64,000 nucleotides of DNA, from NCBI GenBank assembly GCA_963817895.1, contig CAWFQB010000004.1, positions 896,001 to 960,000 of the forward strand, in the 5' to 3' direction. The notes beneath the pieces were generated by a model. That model saw only the letters and a program-made list of their open reading frames with translations. It made no database searches and was not told the origin of the DNA. Origin of the DNA: an uncultured Chthonomonadaceae bacterium (lineage in GTDB: Bacteria > Armatimonadota > Chthonomonadetes > Chthonomonadales > Chthonomonadaceae). A program made the position numbers and the translations under genes. How positions within the stretch are numbered: the first letter of the stretch is position 1; every line of letters starts with the position of its first letter. This document shows, piece after piece, positions 50,966-61,264 of this stretch.

Positions 50966-52179
50966 TTACGGCAGGACGGTTGTTTTGCTCTGGCCGGTGG
51001 CGGCATCGGCAACAACGAGGGCGCGTTTGCCGTTCTCATTGCGGATTGCCGCCAGATATTTGCCGTCGGGCGAGAAGGCGGGCGTATACGCGGGAAATGT
51101 GAAGCCTGTCTGCTGCGTGGCGGAAACGGGTACGGGAGTTGTTTGCGCGCTGTTTGCGCCCGTCCCCTTGCCGAGGAAGCGGACATTCTGACCCGTAATG
51201 TCGCTGATCCAGAGGGCGGAACCGTTTGTTCCTGCCTGCGGGCCGCCCGTCGTCACAAAGGCGAACTGGCTCATATCGGGCGTAAACACAACGGAAGTCA
51301 CCGCATCGGGATAGTTGCGGGGAGTGGGATTGACGGCCTTGACCACATCGGGAAACGGCAGTTTGCGAATGGTGCGCGTGTCTATCGTCATCTCGTATGG
51401 CGACAGCAAAATGTATCGCGTATTCGGACTGCGGCGTATCCAGCGTACCGTTGCGCCATCGGTGGATACCGCAAAGCCCAGCACATCGCCCGTGCTCGTC
51501 AGGCGAACAAGTTCTCCCTGATCCAGAGGTACAAATCGTATTTGCCGTTATCGCCGCCCGCAACGATTACATTGGTCGTGTTGGCGATCCAGCCGAGCGG
51601 GTTGTAGGTGGCGGGAACGGAGTGAAACGGCAGGTCAATGGCGGGCAGGAAACTGCCGCCGTTGCGATAGCGAATCAGCGCCTGCAAACCGCCCGTTTCC
51701 GTTTTGTGAACACTGGCGAACAGAGACGAATCGCGTGACCAGGCAACGGGCGCAAGCGTGTTGTCGTTCAGCGATTTACGCTGCTGCTTAACGGTGTCAT
51801 AGAATGTGAGGGTTTGCCCGTCGGCAAGGTAGGAGATGGTTCTGCTGTCTGGCGACCAGACGGGCGCGAAAGCCGCGCTCGTATTGGGCAAGCGCGGCAA
51901 CAGGGACAGCGGCGGAAGTCAGCGTCGCGGTTGGCGACTGGGCTTTTATTTTTGTTGCAGGTGTGGCAGAGCGCAGACGCTCCGGCAGCAGTCGCGTCCG
52001 CCAGCAGCAGAGACGCGCCCGGAATTGCGATTTGCCTGCCATCCGGCGACCAAACCTGCGCCTGTACCCGCATCGCCGGAAACAGGCAAACTATTGCCGC
52101 GAAACTCAGACGCAATCCGTATGCGCGGCATATGCGACGTGGCCGTACAAGACACTATCTGAAATACCTGTCTCGACAT
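50966..52179 (-). CDS. Secreted TolB-like/PD40 beta-propeller protein (frameshifted; start approximate)
   Basis: Signal-like segment, then repeated WSPDG/WSPDS/WSRDS/FTPD/FSPDGK motifs across ORFs 51768-52115, 51499-51900 and 50966-51484. Confidence 0.7.
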
Positions 52180-52204
52180 AGTTTCTCCAACCTTCTCCCA
52201 TGAC

Positions 52205-52233
52205 ATTCGCGTTTATTCGCGTTCATTCGCGGC
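52205..52233 (-). repeat. Nonamer array (ACGCGAATG family, reverse strand)
   Basis: ATTCGCGTTTATTCGCGTTCATTCGCGGC. Confidence 0.8.
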
Positions 52234-52982
52234 TAATCGTATCCTGAAAGCCGAAAGATAGAAAAAGCCTCCACACCTTTGACAGACGTGGAGGCTTTGC
52301 AATCGTTCCCGCGTGTTAGTCGGCGGCAGGCGCGGTTGAACTCGTTGGGCAGGGCGGGACTGGCCTGCGGGCCATCTGTCGAGGCGCTCGGGCCGTCAAC
52401 GCTGGTGGGAGCGGGAGCCTCATCCTCCACATGGTGAACCGTCAGCGAGGCGATTACGGTATCCGGCGATGTGATGATTGTGTATTTGTCGCTGTGCGGC
52501 AGGTCGGACACGCGCAGAGTATCGGTTCCTATCATGTTGGATATGTCAACCGTGATATGGTCGGGCAGGTCGCCGGGCTGGCAGTGGATTTCCAACTGCT
52601 CGATAGAGTGCTGTAGCAGGGCGGTTTGCAGCCGGACGGGTTCCGGGGTGCCGTGAAAGACGAGCGGAATATGGACTTTGACGGTATCGCCCGTTTGAAT
52701 GCTTTGAAATGTTACCTGAATCAGGCGTTTGGTAAGAGGGTCGCGCTGAATATCGTGTATCATCGCCTGATGGCTGGGGCCGCCCTCGACGAGCAGTTCG
52801 AGCATGGCGGCTTCGCCATGCGCGCGAATAAAATCGTCGAGCGGCTTGGTCGGCGTTTCCAGATGTAGCGTTCCCTGTCCCCGATGCTGAATAGAGACGG
52901 GAATACGCCCTTCGCGGCGCATCTGCTTGACCTCGCCTTTGGTCATCGCCTGTACGGGCTGAACGGTAAATTGCTGCGGCAT
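52233..52982 (-). CDS. rplY: 50S ribosomal protein L25/Ctc (TL5-type); real stop probably upstream of the terminator (~52316)
   Basis: K..VKQMRREGRIP....G, IQRDPL...LI.V.F, V.IPL.F.G, C.P..LP..I.VDIS.M......VSDL. Confidence 0.85.
   Translation of the reverse strand: MPQQFTVQPVQAMTKGEVKQMRREGRIPVSIQHRGQGTLHLETPTKPLDDFIRAHGEAAMLELLVEGGPSHQAMIHDIQRDPLTKRLIQVTFQSIQTGDTVKVHIPLVFHGTPEPVRLQTALLQHSIEQLEIHCQPGDLPDHITVDISNMIGTDTLRVSDLPHSDKYTIITSPDTVIASLTVHHVEDEAPAPTSVDGPSASTDGPQASPALPNEFNRACRRLTRGNDCKASTSVKGVEAFSIFRLSGYD
52262..52298 (-). terminator. Intrinsic terminator after L25
   Basis: AAAGCCTCCAC/GTGGAGGCTTT stem with U-tract on the minus strand. Confidence 0.7.
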
Positions 52983-53085
52983 GAATTTGCCTCCTTGTGA
53001 GTTGTAATGTTGCTGTGTACGCTGTATCTACGAACGGGAAGCGGATTCGTCAGCAAGCGCTCAGGCGTTACAGGGCAGAATGAAG

Positions 53086-53379
53086 TTACACGCCATTTAA
53101 TCCCACCTGCCCCTCGACGTTAAATTCCACACCTGAGAACAAACCCACGCGCTTCCCTGTTTTGCGCCATACTTCCAGCAGAATCGGCATGATAATGATC
53201 TCGGAACGGGCTTTCTCCGTAGATATTATCAGCGCGAGAGGAACCACTTCCTCAAGCTCGGAACGCAGCGCGTCACTGACAGGCGCGGCGGGCAGATGCG
53301 AATACAGGTCGCGCGTCTGATCTACCGTCAGGCTGAATTGACTTGCCGCGCCGCTCAATGTAAATTCGTTATAAGCCAT
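53086..53379 (-). pseudogene. Truncated PD-(D/E)XK-like hypothetical protein
   Basis: MAY..FTL...TEKARSE.II.PILLE.......LFSG.EFNV....GLNG* stops where recalled homologues continue CDF...EAK; a remnant NFIL follows out of frame. Confidence 0.55.
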
Positions 53380-53443
53380 AATATTTTCCTGATTTTGTGG
53401 GTGCGTTAACGGCTTGGTTTCTCACTCCTGCCAATCATGGGTA

Positions 53444-53782
53444 TCATAAGCCCGCTAATTTGCGCAATTCCTCCTGCACGGCTAGAAGGTCGGCAACATC
53501 AAGCGTTCCAGGTTGCCGAATGAAACGTGTTCGATCCAGCGCCCGCGTTTAGAATACGAGCGCAATGGAAGGAACAGTCAAGCCGTTTTGCGCGGAAGGA
53601 GCAATTTGAACGGTTGCCGGATAGCGCAGGGCGGACAATTGCGAAGTCAGCAGGACAATCAGAACCAGCGGAGAGTTCTGCCCGTAGGTGTCATCCTGCA
53701 AAACAATGGCAGGGCGTGTGCCGGCTTGTTCCCGCCCGGAGGAAGGCGGTACAGATACCATCCAAACCTCACCGCGCAGCAT
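53444..53782 (-). pseudogene. mazF: PemK/MazF toxin with in-frame nonsense codon
   Basis: MLRGEVW.V.......EQAG.RPAIVLQ...LTS...NGL..PS.ALVF*TRALD..RF...G.L: TAA at 53549-53551 replaces the conserved Gln and the frame continues to TGA 53444. Confidence 0.8.
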
Positions 53783-53996
53783 TGTCACCACCTTCTAACA
53801 ACAGTTCGACCATCAGAAAATCTTCATCGGAGACTAGTTCAAAAGCGTCGAATTCTGCTTGCAGTTCGGCGGAAATCGGCGGAAAGTACACACGCAGGGC
53901 GTTCAGCAACAGGCTATCTTTGGACTGGCCGGAACGCTGCGCCATTTCTTCGGCGGCTTCGGCAATGTCATTCGGCACGGTTAATGTGTAACTCAT
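53769..53996 (-). CDS. Putative antitoxin (ribbon-helix-helix-like N-terminus, acidic tail)
   Basis: 75 aa, overlaps the toxin start; YTLTVP.DIA...EEMA..SG.S..LQAEFDAFE..SDED. Confidence 0.7.
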   Translation of the reverse strand: MSYTLTVPNDIAEAAEEMAQRSGQSKDSLLLNALRVYFPPISAELQAEFDAFELVSDEDFLMVELLLEGGDNAAR

Positions 53997-54035
53997 GGTA
54001 AAGATGTTCCTTTCACTGTTCGTTTTGATTATATT

Positions 54036-57000
54036 CTACCCGCACACAGTTCCGCTTCCCAGACACTTTTGGAGGTACTGGCCCGTGTGGCTGCCCTTCA
54101 CTTGCGCCACCTGCTCCGGCGTTCCCTCCGCCACCAGTCTGCCGCCGCCGTCGCCGCCTTCCGGCCCCATGTCCAATCAGCCAGTCCGCGGTTTTGATCA
54201 CGTCCAGGTTGTGTTCGATGACGAGCACGCTGTTGCCCGCCGTCACCAGACGGTTGAGGACGCCGATCAGTTTCTCCACGTCCGCGAAGTGCAGGCCCGT
54301 CGTCGGCTCGTCCAGAATGTAGATCGTGCGCCCCGTCGGACGCTTCGCCAGTTCCGCGGCCAGCTTCACCCGCTGCGCTTCGCCGCCCGAAAGCGTGGTG
54401 GCGGGCTGTCCCAGCCGGATGTAGTCCAGTCCGACATCATGGAGGGTGCGGAACTTGCGGGCGATGTTGGGCAGCGCCTCGAAGAACTCGACGGCTTCGC
54501 TGACCGTCATGTCCAGCACGTCGGCGATGTTCTTGCCCTTGAACTTCACTTCCAGCGTTTCGCGGTTGTAGCGTTTGCCCTTGCACACTTCGCACGGCAC
54601 GTACACATCCGGCAGAAACTGCATCTCGATCTTCAAGATGCCGTCGCCCTTGCACGACTTCGCACCGCCCGCCCTTCACGTTGAAGGAGAACCGGCCCGG
54701 CTCATAGCCCCGTACCCGCGCGTCCTGCGTTTTGCTGAACAGGACGCGGATCAGATCGAACATGCCGGTATACGTGGCCGGGATTGGAGCGCGGCGTCCG
54801 GCCAATCGGCGACTGGTCAATGTCAATGATCTTGTCCAGATGCTCCAGCCCGCGTATCTCCTCGTGCGCGCCCCAGACCGCGTGCGTTTTGTTGATGCGG
54901 TTTTGCAGGAGGGGGAACAGCGTCTCCTGAATCAGCGTGGATTTGCCCGAACCCGATACGCCCGTCACGGCGACGAACAGGCCGAGCGGAATCTTCACGT
55001 CCACGTTTTTCAGGTTGTGCTGCTTCGCGCCGATCAGTTCCAGAAACTTGTCGCCCGGTGCGCGGCGCACTGCGGCACTTCGATTTTGCGCCTGCCGCTC
55101 AGAAACTGCCCGGTGATGCTGTTCGGGTTCGCCTTCACCTGCGGCAACGGTTCCCTGCGCCACCACATGCCCGCCATGCTCGCCCGCGCCCGGCCCGATG
55201 TCGATCAGCCAGTCCGCCGCTTCCATCGTCTCCTCGTCATGCTCGACGACCAGAACCGTGTTGCCCAGTTCGCGCAGATGTTCCAGCGTCCGGATCAGTT
55301 TCGTGTTGTCGCGCTGATGCAGGCCGATGCTCGGCTCATCCAGAATATACAGCACGCCCATCAGCCCCGAACCGATCTGCGTCGCCAGCCGGATACGCTG
55401 CGCTTCGCCGCCCGCCAGGGTTCGCGCCGAACGATCCAGCGTCAGATAGTTCAGGCCGACGTTGAGCAGAAAGCCCACGCGCGTCCGTATTTCCTTCACG
55501 ATCTGCCGCGCGATCATCATTTCGCGCTCGGTCAGTGTCAGGTCGTTGAAGAACGCGCCGATTTTTTCCAGCGACAGGGCGCACAGATCGGAAATGTTGG
55601 TTTTGCCGACAAGGACGGCGAGCGCTTCCGGTTTCAGTCGCTTGCCTTTGCAGACGGGGCAGGGGCGTTCGCTCTGATACTGCGCCAAATCCTCCTTGAC
55701 ATAATCGCTGGTGGACTCCTTGAACGAGCGTTCCATGATCTCGAGCACGCCCGCGTACTCCGTATCGAAATGGCGCGTCCGGCCCCACTTGTTGCGGAAC
55801 TCGACGGTGACGTTGCCCTTGATGCCGTTCATCAGCGCTTCGAACTGCGCTTTGCGTCAAATCTTTGATGGGCGTGTCAATGGTGAAGCCCAGCTTCTTG
55901 GCCACCGCCCGAAACATGGCCGTCCGGTGATCCGCCATGATCTCCTTGCCGGATTTGTACACGAAATAGCGAACTGCGCCCTGCGCGATGCTCAAACTCT
56001 TGTCGGGAATAATCGAGCGCAGGGTCGAACTCGGTTTTGGTTCCCAGTCCGTGACAATCGGGACACGCGCCATACGGCGAGTTGAACGAAAACAGGCGCG
56101 GCTCGATCTCATCGTAGTTGAAGTCGCTGTCCTCCGACGCGTAGTTTTCCGTGAAGTGCAGTTCCTGCGCGGGATGGTCGCCCAGCGCGTGCACGTCCAC
56201 GGTCGCCACGCCTTTCGCCCGCTTCAGCGCCTGTTCCAGCGCGTCCGTGATGCGCGTGCGGCTGATGTCCTCCTTCATCACCAGGCGGTCAATGACGATC
56301 TCGATGGTGTGCTGCTTGTAGCGTTCCAGGTCGGGAATCTCTTCGCTCAGATCCACCATTTCGCCATCCACGCGGGCGCGCACATAGCCCTCCTTGAGAA
56401 TGTCCTCCATCTCCTTGCGGTACTCGCCCTTGCGTCCGCGAATCACGGGCGAGAGAATCAGGAAGCGCGTTCCGACCGGCAGCTCCAGAATGCGATCTAC
56501 CATGCTTTCGATGTTCTGCTTGGTCAGCGGCAGGCCGGTTTTAGGGTCGTGCGGAACGCCCACGCGGGCATACAGCAGGCGCAGGTAGTCGTAGATTTCG
56601 GTGACGGTTCCCACCGTCGAGCGCGGGTTTTTGCTGGTGCTTTTCTGGTCAATGGTGACGGCGGGGGAAAGGCCGTCAATCTGATCCACATCGGGCTTGT
56701 CGTGCAGGCCGAGAAACTGGCGGGCATACGAGGAGAGGCTTTCCACATAGCGGCGCTGCCCTTCGGCGTACAGCGTATCGAAGGCCAGCGACGATTTGCC
56801 CGACCCGCTCAGGCCGGTAATGACCACCAGCTTGTCGCGGGGAATATCAAGGCTGATGTTCTTGAGGTTGTTCTGCCGCGCCCCACGAATCCGGATCACG
56901 CCATGACACGGCGCATCGTCGGGATCGTTCAGGCGTTCTGTTGCGGCCTGTAATACGCGCTCCTCCTGAACTTCCGCTTCCGACATGGCGTTGGTGGCTG

Positions 57001-57115
57001 GTGGCTGGTGGTTGATGTTTGGTTGCGCGTGTCCGTTTGTTCCGCCGTTTTCCGCGCCCGCTTTGGTTTTGCGCCCACTTTTCGGCAATGGTGTCGCTGT
57101 TTTTGCTGGTGTCAT
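54036..57115 (-). CDS. uvrA: Excinuclease ABC subunit A (frameshifted, at least 5 fragments)
   Basis: [94 protein letters not shown]. Confidence 0.97.
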
Positions 57116-57237
57116 GGTTCCCGTCCCTCGTCTGCTAAATCGTACCCTCATTGTACCATGACGCGGCAAAAAGGTTTATATCCGTCTGTTAGAATGAATA
57201 AAAAACGGCGTTGTAGTAGGCATTTATAAGTGGAGAT

Positions 57238-58167
57238 TTAATAGAGGCTGTCGCTTTGCTGTTGCTTCTCCAGTTGCTTGAGATGGCGCAACAGTTCGGA
57301 GTGCTGCGTTTCCACTTTGATGTGCAGGGCGCGAATCTCTTTTTCGGCGATGATATTGGCCTCGTACTCGGTTTTGCTCAGGGCGCGTTCCTGCACGGCG
57401 GTTCGGTGCTGGCTGTTGAGGACAAAGTTGCCGATGACGATCTGCAAAATCGCCAACAGCAGGCCAAGCCATTCGAGGCTGCCCTGAATTTTCTGCCAGC
57501 GCGTAAAGGCCGTCCATGCGAACAGAAACAGGCCGAACACGATCAGGAAGCCGCCGCTGCCAAGAAACTCCGTCAGTTGCGCCATTCGCTTGTTTTGCGT
57601 GGTCAATTCTTCATCGGCAACCTCGTTAGCGTTGCGGATGGTGGCGTAGCGCAGTTGCTCCCCGGAACGGCTCAGACGTTGCGCCATGCCCTCCATCAGC
57701 ATGCGCGCGACATGGGGATGGCGCTGCACAACAGCGTCCAATTCTTCGCTATGCAGTTCCAGCAGGACTGTCGATTCAGTCGCCTGCGCGGAAGCGGTGC
57801 GCTTGCCGCTGTGCAGCATAGCCACTTCCCCGAAGAAACAGCCCTCGCCTGCCTCTTCCAGCGTGAGTTCTTCCCCGATGGGCGTGACATGAAAGAAGCG
57901 GACGTTGCCGGAAACAATGAAATATAGCGTATCGCCGGGGTCGCCGAAATTGAAAATAGATTGGCCTGCCTCGTAGCGGATACTGGGCAGTACGCTATGC
58001 AGGGCGCGAAGGTCGTCCGCATGGAGGCGTGGCGTGGCGCGGTGAGGTTGATCCTGAACGGTTCGCAACTCCTGCGCTTTTTCCGTTTGTGGGTGAAGTG
58101 AGTTTAGGTTGAAGGGGGACATCTTCTGGCGAGACATCCTTTCTGTGGCTGCCCACGCAGGGGACAT
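57238..58167 (-). CDS. Cyclic-nucleotide-binding domain + DUF1003-like membrane domain protein (start uncertain)
   Basis: IFNFGDPGDTLYFIVSG, FFGEVAML....RTASA; then F.GS..F..VF...F..W, LNSQ.R, EY..N..AE.EI..LH.K. Confidence 0.8.
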   Translation of the reverse strand: MSPAWAATERMSRQKMSPFNLNSLHPQTEKAQELRTVQDQPHRATPRLHADDLRALHSVLPSIRYEAGQSIFNFGDPGDTLYFIVSGNVRFFHVTPIGEELTLEEAGEGCFFGEVAMLHSGKRTASAQATESTVLLELHSEELDAVVQRHPHVARMLMEGMAQRLSRSGEQLRYATIRNANEVADEELTTQNKRMAQLTEFLGSGGFLIVFGLFLFAWTAFTRWQKIQGSLEWLGLLLAILQIVIGNFVLNSQHRTAVQERALSKTEYEANIIAEKEIRALHIKVETQHSELLRHLKQLEKQQQSDSLY

Positions 58168-58199
58168 CCAAACGGTTGAGTTGCGGCAGGTCTGCGCGT

Positions 58200-59540
58200 T
58201 CAGGGAGTTGAGGGCAGGACTGCGACATTCGCCCTTACGCGCAGGTAGGTCTTTGCCACGCGCGCAATATCCTCCCGCGTAACCTGCGCAAGTTTACGGG
58301 GAAACTCGGTATCATACGCAATTCCCCGTCCCAACGTTTCGTACCATCCAAGCAGAAAGGCGCGGTCACGAGCGCGTTCATGGCGCAGCGCGTCCTGTCC
58401 TATAGCGACATTGCGGGCGCGTTTCAATTCCGCTTCCTCGGGCGGACTGGCAAGAAGCGCGTCCAGTTCTCCGTTCAGCAGTTTACCCGCCGTGCCGGGA
58501 GGAGTGTTGTCGGAAGCGGGTTGCGAAATGCGCCGGGGGTTCCATTGCAGGTAGGTAATCAGCGCAGACGAGCGCTCTGCACGGGATAAATCGCGCCCAC
58601 TTCATACCCAAGCCCCAGCGTTTCCCGCGCCTGCCGGAACAAACGAGAAGCGTGTCCGCCGCCCAAAATCGCTTGTAACACGGTAAAGGCCGGATAGTCC
58701 GGGCTGCCTGCGGAGGGCGCGGGAGTGGCGACAAACGCATACGCCACGCCGCCGGCAGCAGGCAGGGACTGGCTTGCCGTTTGCGCGGGAAGGGAGCAGG
58801 GGCGTATCCGCCACACGCGGGGCAAAGGCCGTCGGACGGTTATAATCAGCCAGAAAAGCGTTCAGCAGGCCGTATACGCGGACAGCATCGAAACGCCCCG
58901 CGATGGAAATCACGGTTTGCGCAGGAACGTACTGACGCAAAAAGTACGTCCGCGCCTGCGCCTGCGTGACCCGGCTTAACTGGTCTTCTCCCGGTTCCGT
59001 TTCGCCCAAGAGTTCGTTGACAGCGGTATAGCCTCGCCCAAAGGCGGTTTCGTGGCTGGTTTGACGCTCTTCGTGGATGGTTTGCAGGGCGCGATGCAGG
59101 CTTTCCGGCGCAAAGGCCGCATATTTCAGGCAGTCGCACACCAGATGAAGCGCTTCGGGTAATTGCGCTGGAACGGTAACATAGTTGATGGCAACCAGTT
59201 CTCGTGTTCGCAGCACGTCCAGACTTCCGCCCACTTCGCCGACAAGCGCCTGTATGCTGTTTTGCGTTCGCGTGGCGTTGCCATAAAACAGGGTTCGCGC
59301 CACCATTTCACCCACTGCGGCGTCATTCGGACTTGCATCCGGCCGAACGCCCACAAATAGCGAAACCGCCGTTCGATCCAGTTGCGGTTCGGGTTTCAGA
59401 ATCAGCCGGACGCCGTTTGGCAACACAACTAATTGCGGTTGAGTAGTGGGAAGCGTATCCGCCTGAGCCTGACTTGCAATGCCGATAGCAAGCAGCCACA
59501 GCGTCAGCAACAGCGACAGAACTTTACGAATAGCGGTCAT
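58200..59540 (-). CDS. M16 family peptidase-like protein, non-catalytic subunit (frameshifted)
   Basis: Signal peptide; LPNGVRL, no HxxEH; LGGG.ASRLF...RE..GL.Y, VT.EDI.RVA..YL. Confidence 0.8.
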
Positions 59541-60989
59541 TTGTGGCGTTCCAGTATTTGCTGTGGAGTGGCAGGTAACAGATGTATGGCAAGACCGGGC
59601 TGCGCAAGCAGATACTGGCGCAGGAACTCCTGAACTTCGCGGCCCGTCGTCGCCTGCAATCGCGTTAGCAATGCTTCCGGTGGTTCGCCGCCAACCATTG
59701 CAGCGTAACCGACCGCGTATGCGAGTCCGGCGTTGGTTTCCGTATCCGCCTGCATCCGTCCCAAAATGCGCCCCCGCGCAGTTTGCAGTTCGGCAGGCGT
59801 AGGCGGGTGGACGCTAAAATTCGTAATCAGCGCGCGCAGTCGGGCTATGCGGGGCGTGTTGGGGCGCGGTTCCATTTCCTGCGCCGTGAGCAGCCACAAA
59901 CTGCCGTCAAGCCGGGGCGTATAGTGGGCGGCGGTGTGGACGTTCGGGATGTTGTCCGTATACAGCCGTCCATATTCCCGCGAGTCGCCCATGATTTCAG
60001 CCACAATCTCCGCCGCCGCCGCCATGCTGTAATCATGGGCGGGCGGGCCGGGAAAAGCCAGCCCGGTCGTGTCCCTTGAAAATGCGCCGGCTTCCTCTGC
60101 CTCAATATCAGGGATATTGAGAACGGCAGCAGGGGCGGTCTTTCCGGCAGCCATTCTCCCCGCCTGCCCGGAAGATAACGACGAAAGAGGAGAAGGCGCG
60201 GTAAGGAGGGAAATCCTTCTGTGTATTGGCAGGAGCGCGCCAGTCGCCAAATGCCTGCCGCGCCAGTTGGCTGGCCTGTTCGCTCGTAATGTCGCCGACA
60301 AGGACGAGGACGCAGTGGTCGGGGCGGTACGCGCGGGCGTAAAACCGCGCAAGGGCGTCGCGGGTTCGCCGCCGTATGGCCTCGGACGAGCCGCCGGGGG
60401 AGCGTCCATAAGGCAGCGCGTGAAACGCATATTGATAAAGCAAGTCAATCAGGTGAGCGGTCGGGTTGCTGTCGTGGGCGGCAAGTTCGTCCAGTATCAC
60501 GCCGCGTTCGCGCTCGATTTCCACATCCGGCAGGGCAGCGTTACGGGCCACATCCGCAAGCACAGCCAATGCTTCCTGAACATGCGCGGCGGCTACGGTG
60601 GTATAAAAATGCGCGTAATCGGGGCCGGTGGCAGCGGTCAGGGTTGCGCCGAGATTCTCAATATCTATGTCCGCCTGACCGGAGGGGCGGGTTGTTGTGC
60701 CTTTGAACAGGACGTGTTCCAGAAAGTGGGCGCAGCCGTCTTCGGCGTCCGTCTCTTCGCGCGCCCCTGCCCGTACCCACAGGTCAATGGCGACTAAGGG
60801 GCTGACATGGCGTTCCCGCGTCAGAACGCGCATTCCGTTAGCAAGGATAAAAGCGGGCGGCGCGCTCCCCGTTCGGGCAGTTTGCGCGGAGGCTGACACG
60901 CGGCAACTACCCAAACAGCCGAGTAACGCCATGAGAACTATGGCGCGATAGAAGGACTGCGTTCTTGTTGCAGGCGCAACGATATTCAT
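59537..60989 (-). CDS. M16 (pitrilysin-like) zinc peptidase (frameshifted)
   Basis: Signal peptide; LANGMRV, W.RAG...E....G.AHFLEH.LFKGT, ER.VIL.E, Y.P....LV.VGD; ATGA overlap with the partner gene. Confidence 0.88.
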
Positions 60990-61264
60990 TTCGTTGCCCG
61001 GCACGAACACTTTGTTAAAGATACAATTAGAAGTTTTCACACCGGTAGAGTTCACGCTGCTATGCTGTGAATCCTGCCGCGTCTCAGAATCACGTAGCTA
61101 TCGCAACTATTCTCTGCGGAACGAAAAGAAAACAGGGCGGTATACTGCTTATACTGCTAAAGTATAGAGAAACAGGAAGCGCGTACAGGCGTCTAACAAC
61201 GAGGAACCTGAGAACGCATCCAGAACGGAAACGATTCCGCCCTTCTATCGGAGAGAACCCAATT

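Noticed and set aside
3831..52233. Tandem arrays as CRISPR arrays
   Set aside because: Units are 7-9 bp with no regular unique spacers between identical 23-47-bp repeats, and there are no cas genes.
49907..56953. Long antisense ORFs (49907-50887, 54732-55868, 55988-56953; also 21687-22679 and 40970-42085)
   Set aside because: They are shadows of strongly codon-biased genes on the opposite strand in GC-rich DNA and have no recognisable motifs.
2701..60989. PqqD plus M16 peptidases as a PQQ pathway
   Set aside because: The genes are ~55 kb apart, no pqqA/B/C/E is visible, and the M16 proteins carry signal peptides.
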